From an uncultured delta proteobacterium (lineage in GTDB: Bacteria; Myxococcota_A; Polyangia; Fen-1088), in NCBI GenBank assembly GCA_963767925.1, contig CAVYGB010000010.1, positions 1,152,001 to 1,216,000 on the forward strand: a DNA stretch of 64,000 nucleotides, in the 5' to 3' direction. The position numbers were made by a program, and so were the translations under genes. How positions within the stretch are numbered: the stretch's first letter is position 1; each line of letters begins with the position of its first letter. Positions 21,001 to 30,003 of this stretch are shown one piece after another. Below the pieces are notes generated by a model. That model saw only the letters and a list, made by a program, of their open reading frames with translations. It did no database searches and had not been told where the DNA came from.

Positions 21001-21420
21001 CTCTTCACCGGCGATGGACGTGCGCTCCTCTACCGCTCGGCCGACCAGGCGGTCCGGGTCGTCGACGCCGAGCGCCTCACCACCCGGGTGCTGCGCGGCC
21101 ATCGGGCGCGCGTCCTCGATCTCGCGGTGGCGGCCGGTCCCGTGCCCCTGGTGGCCAGCAGCGACGCCAGGGGCTTCGTGCGTCTGTGGGATCTGCGCAC
21201 CCTCGCGACGGCGGTGCTGGCCGCCGGCGACGGGGCGGTCGAGCAGATCGCGTTTTCACCCGACGGGCGATCGCTCGCCACCGGGAGCCAGGACGGCAGC
21301 ATCCGGGTCTGGGACGTCGCCGGGATACCGCTGCACCCGGCCGGCGACGATCCCGGCGCCTGGGTGGCAGCGCGAACCAGCGTGGCCATCGACGAGCGCG
21401 GCCGGGTCGCGACGCCCTGA
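18073..21420 (+). CDS. Ser/Thr protein kinase with TM segment and WD40 beta-propellers
   Basis: LGRGGLGRV, VAIK, HRDLKPAN, DWGLA, GTPQFMPPEQ; many GH...WD repeats. Confidence 0.92.
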   Translation: MKQPGTQQDEDEGLAVPGGAQAERYTVIGELGRGGLGRVFLATDEALGRPVAIKEPLAPTAEGLARFQREARLTARLQHAGVVPVYDVGAWAGGEPFFVMKLVQGRSLEDAIAAAGSLERRLGLLSHVLAAADALAYAHDEGVIHRDLKPANVVIGDYGETVVIDWGLARSDAEPSEAALAERARSAPPAGGRRRANPAAARASLEDAGGGLTEDGRVLGTPQFMPPEQAAGAAVDARADVYALGAVLYNVLAGEGPYPGPDPAEVLLRVQQGPPPPLRQRVRGLSGDLAAIVEKAMARDRGQRYRSASALAEDLRRFLDGQLVAAQRYSGPMLLRRWLRRHRATAALLAALAVSGAAGVVGVVRQRDRAVQAGLTLEARQNALVLLSAERSAADEPTAAAAWLKRHHPPAGQAWRARVLAEEAAALGVARHVFTFARPPRAVAVSVEEPRLAAGWGDGQLTLRDLETGAAMPLPAHPAAVTQLAFAPIGKRLASGDAGGTVRLWRSDGRLTGQLRLPGAITRLAFAADGRRLAIASGPRAIQVVAVESPRTEVSFDLPTRLAGLAFCPGTGSLLASDFEGRVFVLDGTASGKLAPAPRPLAAHHADASLLCLAGGRRFVSGGVDGAVRLWDLADGSGRVLGRHDDWVTSLVASPDGRLVASGSGDDTVRVFSLADRAPRVLRGHADTVRGVAFSADGQRLASVDAGSTVHIWDLPAGEIVRRYRALPAPTTQLALAGGGRHIVVAGPLEARVWPFEALDRRLLRGHEGPITALAWSPDGQALASASRDRTLRVWPLGGGPALVTGPLPAWTLFVRFLGGSGQVLVNTRLGVPRLFDVATGASRPVAEQTGHYSVPASQGDRLAYPVTGGVVVQDLARGTKLRLEEAPIGLVALAFTPDGAAIALATRDGTVGLWSAQTGRRQMQRATGERLYELAMSPEGGRVGLLTASSRLLLWDLRSGSLIEAPTEGQSGSGLLFTGDGRALLYRSADQAVRVVDAERLTTRVLRGHRARVLDLAVAAGPVPLVASSDARGFVRLWDLRTLATAVLAAGDGAVEQIAFSPDGRSLATGSQDGSIRVWDVAGIPLHPAGDDPGAWVAARTSVAIDERGRVATP

Positions 21421-21489
21421 CCGCCAGCATGCCGGCGACCCCGGGCCGCGCGCGGCGTCCCGGGGTCCGTCGATCGGCGCCGCGGCCCC

Positions 21490-23250
21490 CTACTTGAGCT
21501 GACGGAAGGTCCCGCCCGCGGCGTTGACCACCCAGGGGCCGCCGGGACCGACCGAGATCCGGGAGGCCTGCCCGTCCAGCAACTGGATCCAGTTCCGCTT
21601 GAGCGGCGCACCGGAGCCGCCGCACGAGCCATCACCGACGGCGGGCTGCTCCTGCCAGGCCCAGATGAACGGCTCCGAGGGGATGCCGACGATGAAGGCG
21701 TGCGCGGTCGGCGCCCCCGTGGCAAACGTGATGCCGATGTCGGCGGCGAGCCCGGGCAGATCCGGCCAGCTGGCCGGGGCCCCGGGGTTGGCCGAGGTTC
21801 GATAGAAGATGTGGCTGTTGCCGTTGATCACCCAGGGACGCCCCAGCATGTCGACGGCGATCCGGGTGGCCAGGCCGCCCGAGATCTCCTGGGTCCACCC
21901 GCTGCCGTTCCACTTCTGGACGGTTCCTCCTATCGCCCCCCCGCTGCAGTCGAGCATCCAGACCGAGCCGTCCGCGCCGGCGCCGATGTCCCGGGCGCAG
22001 CCCACGAGCGGCGTCCAGCTCCCGCTCGTGGCCGAGCTGGAGGTCTTGCGGAAGATCCCGCCGAAGGAGTTGACCACCCAGGGTATCTGGTTGAAATCGA
22101 CAGCGATCGCGACCGCCGCCGAGCCGGGGGCGCTGTCCTGGGTCCATCCCGATCCGTTCCACTTATGGATGTCGAAGCCCCCCGTGCGGGACTCGCAGCC
22201 GATGCGCCAGACCGGTCCCGACCCGTCCCCGTTGTACCCGACGGCGATGTCCTTGCCACAGCCGGGCGTGCCCACCCAGCCGTTGTAAAACGGGGTCACC
22301 GCCACCGTCTCGTCGAAGGTGAGCGTCCGCCGCTGGACCCCGATGAGCGTGTCGGAGGACATGGCCGAGGCCAGGACGCTCGAATGGCAGAGCCCGAGGA
22401 CGTGGCCGATCTCGTGGGTGACGGTGGTCTGGAAGTCGAGCGCGTTGCCCGGAGTCGGCGTGGCCGTGGACCAGACGAAATTCGTCGGCGTCGAATCGAA
22501 CTTCATGCTCCAGAGCGCGGGATGAAAGTCCGGGAAGAAGGACTGGGCGGGCGTCGGGATAGAGTCGAAGAAGAGGACCATCATCGGGGAGGTCGTGTTC
22601 TCGACGAAGTTCAGGTCCACCTTGCCCTGCCAGGTCGCGAAGGCCGCGAGGACCGCCGCCCGGGCTGCCGCCGTGGGGAGGATGGAGGTGCTGGGAGGAA
22701 CGAACTGCCAGGTCAGCGTCGAGCCACGGGCATGTTTCGAACCCTGCAGGGCGAACTTATCGTTCGGATCGACGGGCGCGATCCCCTCTGGCACCGCACA
22801 GCGGGGCGCGCGCATGCGCGTCCGCGTCGCCGCGTCGACGAGACCGGTCGCGGCCGCGCAGCTGCTCTGACCCTGATAGGCGCGCACCGCGGCCTCCGTC
22901 GCCGGGTCGTACACCCCCGGCGTCGGCGCGGTCGGCACGATCGGGCGCCAGCGCGGGTACCGCTGCGCCAGCTCCGGGCTGGGGAAGTAGCCATGTCGGG
23001 TGAGGTAGTCCTGCACCGCGCGCACGTCCTGGCCTCGTGACCCTGGCCCCAGATCGCGATCGAGGATCGACATCGCCTCGGGCGAGCCGGCCACGAGACC
23101 GCCAGCGGCCGGATCGCCGGCGGGCCAGTCGGCCCCGCATCCCGGCAGGGTCGCCGCGAGGGGGGTCAGGGCCAGCAATGGCAGGAAACGCCGGAGGGAA
23201 AACCAGAGCGGTGCGCGTTGCGATGGGAGTCGGGATTTGACGTCGGTCAT
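21490..23250 (-). CDS. Secreted matrixin (M10) metalloprotease: PG-binding-like prodomain + catalytic domain + tectonin-like repeats
   Basis: VRAVQDYLTRHGY PGBD-like; PRCAVPE Cys-switch; HEIGHVLGLCHS; Met-turn SAMSS; repeated IAV...PWVVN..G.IF blades. Confidence 0.8.
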   Translation of the reverse strand: MTDVKSRLPSQRAPLWFSLRRFLPLLALTPLAATLPGCGADWPAGDPAAGGLVAGSPEAMSILDRDLGPGSRGQDVRAVQDYLTRHGYFPSPELAQRYPRWRPIVPTAPTPGVYDPATEAAVRAYQGQSSCAAATGLVDAATRTRMRAPRCAVPEGIAPVDPNDKFALQGSKHARGSTLTWQFVPPSTSILPTAAARAAVLAAFATWQGKVDLNFVENTTSPMMVLFFDSIPTPAQSFFPDFHPALWSMKFDSTPTNFVWSTATPTPGNALDFQTTVTHEIGHVLGLCHSSVLASAMSSDTLIGVQRRTLTFDETVAVTPFYNGWVGTPGCGKDIAVGYNGDGSGPVWRIGCESRTGGFDIHKWNGSGWTQDSAPGSAAVAIAVDFNQIPWVVNSFGGIFRKTSSSATSGSWTPLVGCARDIGAGADGSVWMLDCSGGAIGGTVQKWNGSGWTQEISGGLATRIAVDMLGRPWVINGNSHIFYRTSANPGAPASWPDLPGLAADIGITFATGAPTAHAFIVGIPSEPFIWAWQEQPAVGDGSCGGSGAPLKRNWIQLLDGQASRISVGPGGPWVVNAAGGTFRQLK

Positions 23251-23380
23251 GTGCGCTCTCCTTCGAAGCGGGATCGCCTCGATCGAGGGGGATGGCGCCG
23301 GGCGATCTGTCGCAAAGAATTCCACCCCCGCTCCACCGGCCACCTTCTCGCTGGCCCGGCCATTGGTTATCGTCGAGAAG

Positions 23381-24223
23381 ATGGCCGCCCCGCCTTCGCC
23401 CCCCGCCTGGCACCCACCGGGCTGGCACGAAGCGCTCGCGGCGGCGGACCGGGCCGGGCGGACGGCCTGGCCAGGGGTCACGCTCAGCAGGGAGCGCTTC
23501 ACCGCCCACGCCAGCGCCCTGGGCGCCCGGCCCGAGGACCTGGCGGCACACGGCGCCGACCTGTTCCTGGCTGGCGCCTGCGCCGACGGTGATCCGACCG
23601 CCCTCGATCGGTTCGAGGCCGAGATCCTCCCCATCCTGGACGCCCACCTCGAGGGCATGCGGCTCGGGCCGGCGACCGCGGACGAGGTCCGTCAGAGCTT
23701 GCGGGTGCTCCTCTTTACCGGACCGGCGATGCAGATCGTCACCTACTCGGCCCGGGGCCACCTGATCTCCTGGCTGCGGACGGTGGCCACCCGGGTGGCG
23801 TTGAAGGTGCTCCGCCAGGCCGATCGGAGGTCGGAGCGGCTGGCCGGGGAGGTCGTCGATCGGTTGCTCGCCAGCAGCGCCGATCCCGAGCTGCATGCCC
23901 TGCGCGCGCAGGTTGGCGCCGCCTTCCAGCGCGCCCTCGAGGAGAGCCTGGCCGCGCTCGCGCCGCGGGCCCGGTCGGTCCTGCGGCTGCACTACGTGTG
24001 CGGTCTGAACATCGACGCCATCGGCCGGCTCTTCGAGGTGCATCGGGCCACGGTCGCGCGCTGGTTGAGCGCCACCCGGACGGTGATCCTCAGCAACCTG
24101 CGCGACCGGTTGCGGCCCGACGGGCGCCCGACCTCCTCGGAGTTCGAGAGCCTCAGCGCGGCCCTGCGCGACGACTTGCACATCAGCGTCGACCGCCTGC
24201 TGCCGCCGCCGGAAGGCGGGTGA
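23381..24223 (+). CDS. RNA polymerase sigma-70 factor, myxobacterial ECF-like family
   Basis: DLFLAGACADGDPTAL, YSARGHLISWLRTVATR, LRLHYVCGLNIDAIGRLFEVHRATVARWL. Confidence 0.8.
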   Translation: MAAPPSPPAWHPPGWHEALAAADRAGRTAWPGVTLSRERFTAHASALGARPEDLAAHGADLFLAGACADGDPTALDRFEAEILPILDAHLEGMRLGPATADEVRQSLRVLLFTGPAMQIVTYSARGHLISWLRTVATRVALKVLRQADRRSERLAGEVVDRLLASSADPELHALRAQVGAAFQRALEESLAALAPRARSVLRLHYVCGLNIDAIGRLFEVHRATVARWLSATRTVILSNLRDRLRPDGRPTSSEFESLSAALRDDLHISVDRLLPPPEGG

Positions 24224-25303
24224 CTACCGCCGGCGGCGCGGCCGTCCGCTCGCGGTGAGGGCCAGCAGCAGGAGGAGCGGCAGGGGCGAGGGGGGGGCGC
24301 CGGGGGCGAGGGGGCCGGCGGAGGTGCAGCCGGTGGCCCCGGGATCGTCGAGGGGGAGGGCCAGGCAGGGATCGCCGCAGTCGGAGCGGCAGATCGTGGA
24401 GGTGGTGCTCGCCTGCGCGCACAGGTCGTCGCGGGCGCGCCGGGCCCGGGTGAAGGTCTCGAGGGGCTCGAAGGCGCCGTCGGGACGGAAGGCGGTGTTG
24501 CAGCCCTCCGGCGTGGTGACGTAGTCGGGTCCGCCCCCTTCCAGGACGGCGACCAGAGCGCCGGCGCTGTCGAACGCGCCGCCGCCGGAGGCGCCGGCCA
24601 CCGTGTCGGTGCTCGCCACCAGGTGGTCGCCCCAGGGCTCGCCCGCGTCGGACACGATTCCCCCTCGATCCGACTTCATCGGCGCGCCGCCGCCGCTGCC
24701 GATGAAGGTCAGCCCCTCGCCCCGCTGCAGGACCGTCGGGTCAGACCGGAACGCGACCGGCGCCCGCGGCGGGCGGACCGAGCCCCGCAGGCGCAGCCAG
24801 GCGTAGTCGATGGGGCGCCGCGACCCGGGCTGGCTCTCCAGCTCGGCGGCCACCCCGCTCACCTCGTACAGATCGCCCTCGCCGACCAGGAGCTCGCCGG
24901 GCGCCCGCAGGTGATAGCCGAAGACGACGGTGATCTCGCGGAGCGGAATGGCGTGGGCGCAGTGGCCGGCGGTCAGCACGAGGTCCCAGTCCACGAGGAC
25001 GCCCGAGCAGAAGGCGGCGGCTGGCTGCTCGGCGAAGGCCTCGCCGGGACAGAGCTGGGCCCGCTCCCCGATGGTGGGGGCCACGATGCGCACGCCGGAC
25101 GGCGTCCGCCGCACGTACCGGCGGGCGATCAGCGCCACCATGGATCGCTCCATGAGCGTCCGCTCCGCCGCCCCGGAGTCGAAGTACTCCCGCCGGTCGT
25201 CGCTCCCGTACACGATGGCCCGGGTCTGCACCTCGGTCGCGGGGGCCGGGCCCAGGCAACCGGCCAGCAGGAGGACGAGCGGCGAGAGGCGCTGGGGCGG
25301 CAC
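24224..25303 (-). CDS. Trypsin-like serine protease with MYXO-CTERM-like anchor
   Basis: IVYG, CSGVLV, LTAGHC, DYAWLRL, GASGG; C-terminal GC...LLLLLAL..RRRR. Confidence 0.8.
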   Translation of the reverse strand: MPPQRLSPLVLLLAGCLGPAPATEVQTRAIVYGSDDRREYFDSGAAERTLMERSMVALIARRYVRRTPSGVRIVAPTIGERAQLCPGEAFAEQPAAAFCSGVLVDWDLVLTAGHCAHAIPLREITVVFGYHLRAPGELLVGEGDLYEVSGVAAELESQPGSRRPIDYAWLRLRGSVRPPRAPVAFRSDPTVLQRGEGLTFIGSGGGAPMKSDRGGIVSDAGEPWGDHLVASTDTVAGASGGGAFDSAGALVAVLEGGGPDYVTTPEGCNTAFRPDGAFEPLETFTRARRARDDLCAQASTTSTICRSDCGDPCLALPLDDPGATGCTSAGPLAPGAPPSPLPLLLLLALTASGRPRRRR

Positions 25304-25333
25304 GTTTTTCCCGATGAGGGGGGGTGCGGCCGA

Positions 25334-26434
25334 TCAGCGAAAGTTCTTGAGCAGGGCGGAGACGCCTTCGGGCTGGACGTCGACGGCGGCGGGGTGGTAC
25401 CCGCAGCGGGCGAGGACGACGGTGTGCAGGTCCCAGTCGCGGCCGCGGAAGCTGGCCCGCAGCTCGGCGGGCGAGTGGCGGGACGGCTCGCGGGTGAGCT
25501 CGAGCTCGACCCAGAGGGCCTTGCGCTGGGTCTTGACCAGCCAGCTATGCATGCCGTCGACGTAGGCCCGGCGGACCTCGGCCGGGAGGTATTCGATGAA
25601 GATGGTCTGGTAGGCGATGATGAGAGTGTCGGGGGGCAGGTCCCCGGTGGCGGCCTCGAGCTGGGCGGGCATCTGCTCGGCGGCGGCGGTCTCGACCCGC
25701 GGTCCGGTCGGCTCGCTGGCGCAGGCCTCGCGGAAGGCGGCGGTGGCAGCCTCGAGGCGGTTGATCCGGTGCTGCTCGCCCGGCCAGACGCAGGCCCGCA
25801 ACCAGGCCAGGGCCGAGTCGTCGTTGGCGTCGAGGGGGCGGGCGTCCAGGCCGAGGCGCAGGCGCACCTTGGGCGACTGGACGATGGGCAGGGCGTGACC
25901 CGCCCCGTCGGTCCAGACGGGAGGGAGGCGGTCCCCGATCAGGTTGAGGCCGGCGCTGGCGCCGAGGTCGACGAGGGCCAGCGGGCGCGCGCCGAGGTCG
26001 GCGCCGAGCAGGTGGGCGGGCCACAGCCAGGCCACCGAACGCGAGGTCTCGTTGGTCTGCACCGCCCGCTGGGCGAAGCGGCTGTACATGAAGTGGCGCT
26101 CGGGCGAGAGGGCGGCGAGCACGGCGGCGCGGTTGACGGCCATGCGCGAGGGCGGCTCGGCCGCGATGGCCGCCCAGAGGGGGTGGGACTCCCCCTCCTC
26201 GAAGGCCGAGGCGCGCAAGGTGGCGAGCAGGAGCAGCGGGCGCTCGTAGGTGGCCTCGAAGCGGCGGCCGGCCCAGGGGGCCTCGAGCCGCCGCCGCAGC
26301 ACGGGTCCCTGCTCGGGCTCGGTGAGCAGCACGAGCAGCTCCTGCAGCAGGCGCACGTAGCTCGGCACGCGCGAGCCCACCATGCGGATCCACTTGGTGG
26401 CGTCGCCCTCGAAGCCGACCAGGCCCACCATCAT
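25334..26434 (-). CDS. DUF2332 family protein
   Basis: VQTNETSRS, DLGASAGLNL, GLDARPLD, WLRACVWP, H-AAVD; GGAGG RBS before MMVGLVG. Confidence 0.8.
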   Translation of the reverse strand: MMVGLVGFEGDATKWIRMVGSRVPSYVRLLQELLVLLTEPEQGPVLRRRLEAPWAGRRFEATYERPLLLLATLRASAFEEGESHPLWAAIAAEPPSRMAVNRAAVLAALSPERHFMYSRFAQRAVQTNETSRSVAWLWPAHLLGADLGARPLALVDLGASAGLNLIGDRLPPVWTDGAGHALPIVQSPKVRLRLGLDARPLDANDDSALAWLRACVWPGEQHRINRLEAATAAFREACASEPTGPRVETAAAEQMPAQLEAATGDLPPDTLIIAYQTIFIEYLPAEVRRAYVDGMHSWLVKTQRKALWVELELTREPSRHSPAELRASFRGRDWDLHTVVLARCGYHPAAVDVQPEGVSALLKNFR

Positions 26435-26594
26435 CGGGCCTCCCATGCCGGGAGGAAGCCGCACCTCCCGCCGAGAGCCTGGCCCGGCCCGGTCACGGCG
26501 AGCCGACCGGGGACCGCCCGCACGGGGCCGGCCCCGGTCCGCCCGGGCAAAGGCGACGGCACCCCGGCCGCGAAGCGGCCCGGGCGGCCAGGCC

Positions 26595-26908
26595 TGCCCA
26601 CGCAGCTTGCGGAGGTTGTCCTGGCGACGTTTGGCGGTCTCGAGAGGCGAAAAACGGCTCCCCTCCTGCTCGATGAGATGATAGTCCACGCCTCCGACCG
26701 TCTCGGCAGCTTCCAGGATCCTCGGCCAGGCACCGCTGCCCTCTCCCAGAAGGACTTTGTATCCCTTCTCCTTGTCGGGCGACCAGTCTTTCAGGTGGTA
26801 GGGCTCGACGCGCCCTGGTTGGCCTCGATGGACCGCCACCGGGTCGCCACCCACCGCCAGAAAGCTGGCGGTGTCGAGCTGGAAGCCGGAGTCACCTCCG
26901 CATAACAC
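26595..26908 (-). pseudogene. 3' remnant of a sugar phosphate isomerase/epimerase gene
   Basis: FQLDTASF..GGDPV, HLKDWSP, LGEG..W, HLIEQE; lacks N-terminal half and stop; reads in frame into DUF2332. Confidence 0.6.
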
Positions 26909-27004
26909 GGACGCACCACCTCCCGGAAGCGGGTCCTGCGGGAACGCACGGGCCAGCTTGCGGCCCCGCGACAGGCCGGCCGGAATGGGTCACAATCGAA
27001 GGGC

Positions 27005-28642
27005 TTGACCCGGGCCGCCATCGTGATCACGGCAGCGGTGGCCGCGATCTCCGCGGGGGTCGAGCTGGTGACCCGGGCCCGCCAGGACCGCGGCTGGCGC
27101 GCGCTGGAGGCCCAGATGCACCAGGACGTGGCGGAGGCCTCCCTGCAAGGGCTGCTGCGGGCGCGCATCGCCGGGGCCCGCATCCTGGCGGCCGAGCCGG
27201 ACAGCGCCCCGATGATGGCCCGGCTCGCCTTCATCGGGGCCTGGCTGGCCACCGACTACGGCCTGCGGTCGACGCGCGAGACGATCGAAGCCCTCGAGCG
27301 CCTCGCCGCCTCGCCCGATCGCCAGGCCCGCGACCTGGATCTCGCGCGCGCGCTGCTGGCGCTGACCCGGGGCGAGCGCGACCTCGCCCTGCGGCTCGCG
27401 ACGGCGGCGGCCCGCGCGGCGACCTCCGACGCCGACAGCGAGGAGGTGGCCTTCGACCTGCGCCCGCTGCTGGTGCTGGCCCGGGCCCGCGCGCTGGCCG
27501 GCGATCCGCTGGGGGCCAGCAAGGCGGCGGAGGCGGCGATCGTGCGCGAGCCGCGGGCCAACGCGCCCCTGCTCGCCTTCGCCGAGGCGAGGCTGGACCT
27601 GGGGCAGGCCGCGCCGGCGGAGAAGGCGCTGCGCGATCTGCTGGCGCGCGTGCCCGACCACAGCCGGGCCCTGCTGCTCCTGCGCCAGGCCCGGCAGGCG
27701 CGCCCGGTCCCCGGGCCGGACGATGCCCGCGACCTCGAGGCCCTGCTGGCGGCCTGCCGGCGCGACGGGGCGGTCTCGCCGGTGATCGCGGCGGGCTGCG
27801 ATCTGGCGATCGCCAGCGAGGCCCGGGCCAGCGGAAACCGGGGGCGGGCCCACGAACATGCGCTGCGCGCCGCCAGCCGCGAGGTCGTCGCCCCGCGCGT
27901 GCTGGCCGGGACCGCGCTGGTGCTGGCCCAGCTCGGCCGGATCGACGCCGCCGAGCGGCTGGCCGAGGCGGCGGCGCGCACGGCGGCCCCCGGGCTGCCG
28001 CCGCTGGCCTGGGCCCGGGTGGCCATCCTGCTCGGCCGGGGCGAGCTGGGCCTGCCGCCCGCCGGGCTGGCGCCGAGCGATCTCGAGACCCGCCTGCTGG
28101 CCGCCCGCGCCGCCCTCACCGCCGGCGGCCCCACCGCGCTCGGCGCCCTGCTCGCCGGCCTGGGCCCCGCCGCCCTCGCCGCCGACACAGACCTGCGCGC
28201 CCTGGCCCTGCTGACCACGCCGCCCGCCGCCGGTCGCCGCCCACCCGGCGCCGGCAAGGCCGCGGCGCTCGCCCGGGCCAATCCGCCCGCGCCCGCCGGA
28301 TCGCCGGCTGACCCTGCCGCCAGCGGGACCAGCCCGGTGTACGCCTACGCCCAGGGGCTGCGCGCCCGCGTGGCCGGCGATACCAGCGGGGCGCTGCGCT
28401 GGCTGCTCCCGGCCCTCGACGGCCACGGCGACGCCTGCCGGGCGGCCGGCGAATACGTGGCCACCGCCCGCCTGGCCGGCCACCCCATCACCAGCGAGCT
28501 CGACGCCGTCCGCGCCCTCAACCCCCGCTGCCTCAACCTCGCCCTCCCCCCACCCACCCCCGCCGCGCGCCGCCCCCGTCCCCGCCCTGGCAAGGCCGCC
28601 GCGACACCCCCGGGCGGACCGCGCCCGCCGACGCCGCCCTGA
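27005..28642 (+). CDS. TPR-like helical repeat hypothetical protein
   Basis: Ala/Leu-rich helical repeats; N-terminal hydrophobic segment; TTG start uncertain. Confidence 0.55.
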   Translation: MTRAAIVITAAVAAISAGVELVTRARQDRGWRALEAQMHQDVAEASLQGLLRARIAGARILAAEPDSAPMMARLAFIGAWLATDYGLRSTRETIEALERLAASPDRQARDLDLARALLALTRGERDLALRLATAAARAATSDADSEEVAFDLRPLLVLARARALAGDPLGASKAAEAAIVREPRANAPLLAFAEARLDLGQAAPAEKALRDLLARVPDHSRALLLLRQARQARPVPGPDDARDLEALLAACRRDGAVSPVIAAGCDLAIASEARASGNRGRAHEHALRAASREVVAPRVLAGTALVLAQLGRIDAAERLAEAAARTAAPGLPPLAWARVAILLGRGELGLPPAGLAPSDLETRLLAARAALTAGGPTALGALLAGLGPAALAADTDLRALALLTTPPAAGRRPPGAGKAAALARANPPAPAGSPADPAASGTSPVYAYAQGLRARVAGDTSGALRWLLPALDGHGDACRAAGEYVATARLAGHPITSELDAVRALNPRCLNLALPPPTPAARRPRPRPGKAAATPPGGPRPPTPP

Positions 28643-28660
28643 GACCCCCGCGGGTCGGGC

Positions 28661-29500
28661 TCAGTTGCCGCCGTGGTTGGCGGTCTCGTCTTCGCTGGCC
28701 CGGCCGCTGTAGTCGATCCAGTGGGCCTGGTTGTCGCGCACGTCGACGTGCACGAACTGCGAGATCGGGTAGTAGCCGACGCCCTTGACCCCCAACGACA
28801 TCACGAGGTCGCGCACCATCAGGGCGGTCATGCCGGGGATGCGGATGTCGGCGGCCATGCCCCGCACGTGGTAGCTGAAGGCGGCGGTGGAGTACATCGG
28901 GGCCCGGAAGCCGGAGACCATCAGGATCTTGCCCCCGGCCCGCTGCGAGATCCGGTAGAGCAGCTCGATCAGGCGGGGGTCCATCGGCGTCTCGGCCCCG
29001 GTGCGCAGGCAGCGCATGAAGCGGCGGACCGCCCGGTAAGACTGCTCGTCGGGCTCGCCGGTGGCCAGATCGAGCAGCACCTCGAGCTGCTCGCCGGTGT
29101 TGACCGACTCGAGCTGCAGGCGCCCCAGCCGCTCGGGCGGGACCACCTGGGGGGGGCGGGCCCGGGCCCGCCAGGAGCCGGCGTCGAGGGCGGCGGCCGT
29201 CAGCAGGCCGCCGCCCGCCGGCAGGGGGTAACGGGCCAGCTCGTCGGCGGCGTCGGTCATGGCCGACATGCGCAGCGACAGGCGGCCGACCGCCCCCCGC
29301 AGCGACCAGGAGGCCACCCCCAGCCCCACCGCGACGAGCAGCACCACCGCCGCCGCCCCCACCGCCACGAAGGGCAGCCGGGCGGGGATCACGATGGTGC
29401 GGATGGGCCGGCGGGGGTCGCCGGCGATGACGATGCGCAGGGGCTCGCGCTTCTGCGCGCCCCGGGACAGCTCGCGCCGGGCTCGCTCGACTTCCTTCAC
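28661..29500 (-). CDS. Membrane-anchored YcbK/DUF882 (peptidase M15) family protein
   Basis: MDPRLIELL, SGFRAP, SYHVRGMAADI, GVGYYP..FVHVDVR; N-terminal TM helix. Confidence 0.85.
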   Translation of the reverse strand: MKEVERARRELSRGAQKREPLRIVIAGDPRRPIRTIVIPARLPFVAVGAAAVVLLVAVGLGVASWSLRGAVGRLSLRMSAMTDAADELARYPLPAGGGLLTAAALDAGSWRARARPPQVVPPERLGRLQLESVNTGEQLEVLLDLATGEPDEQSYRAVRRFMRCLRTGAETPMDPRLIELLYRISQRAGGKILMVSGFRAPMYSTAAFSYHVRGMAADIRIPGMTALMVRDLVMSLGVKGVGYYPISQFVHVDVRDNQAHWIDYSGRASEDETANHGGN

Positions 29501-29910
29501 TTCACGGAGGCGAGGTGGGCGGACGCGCCGCCCTCGGCAGAGGCGGCCTTCTCACCCATGCGGCTGGTGCCCCGGAACACGCCGCCGGTCTCGATGCGCA
29601 CGCTCTGGGCGTCGACGTCCCCCTCGATGCGTCCGCTGGCCACGATGTCGAGGTGGCCGCTGGCGGTGATGTTGCCGTGCACCTGTCCGGCCACCACCAC
29701 GTCGCGCCCCCGCACGTCGCCGCGCACGGTGCCGCTCTCGCCGATCACGACCGACGAGGTGGACTCGACCGACCCCTCGACGGTGCCGTCGACCCGGAAG
29801 GCGCCCTCCGCCTTCAGGTCACCGCGGACGTGGGCCGACCGCCCGAGGACGTTTTCGACCTGGTCGGTCGAGACCGACGCCGTTGCATCTCGCTTCGAGC
29901 CCCACGCCAT
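29497..29910 (-). CDS. Bactofilin (polymer-forming cytoskeletal protein)
   Basis: VRGDLKAEGAFRVDGTVEGSV...IGESGTVRGDV...IETGGVFRGTSRM beta-helix. Confidence 0.92.
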   Translation of the reverse strand: MAWGSKRDATASVSTDQVENVLGRSAHVRGDLKAEGAFRVDGTVEGSVESTSSVVIGESGTVRGDVRGRDVVVAGQVHGNITASGHLDIVASGRIEGDVDAQSVRIETGGVFRGTSRMGEKAASAEGGASAHLASVK

Positions 29911-30003
29911 CTGTCTCCTCCTCTGCCCGACCGGCGACAACCTCGCCGTCCCGGACCGCCGACCTAGATCATCGCAAGATCCGAGTCGGCCTTGAGGGGG
30001 CCC

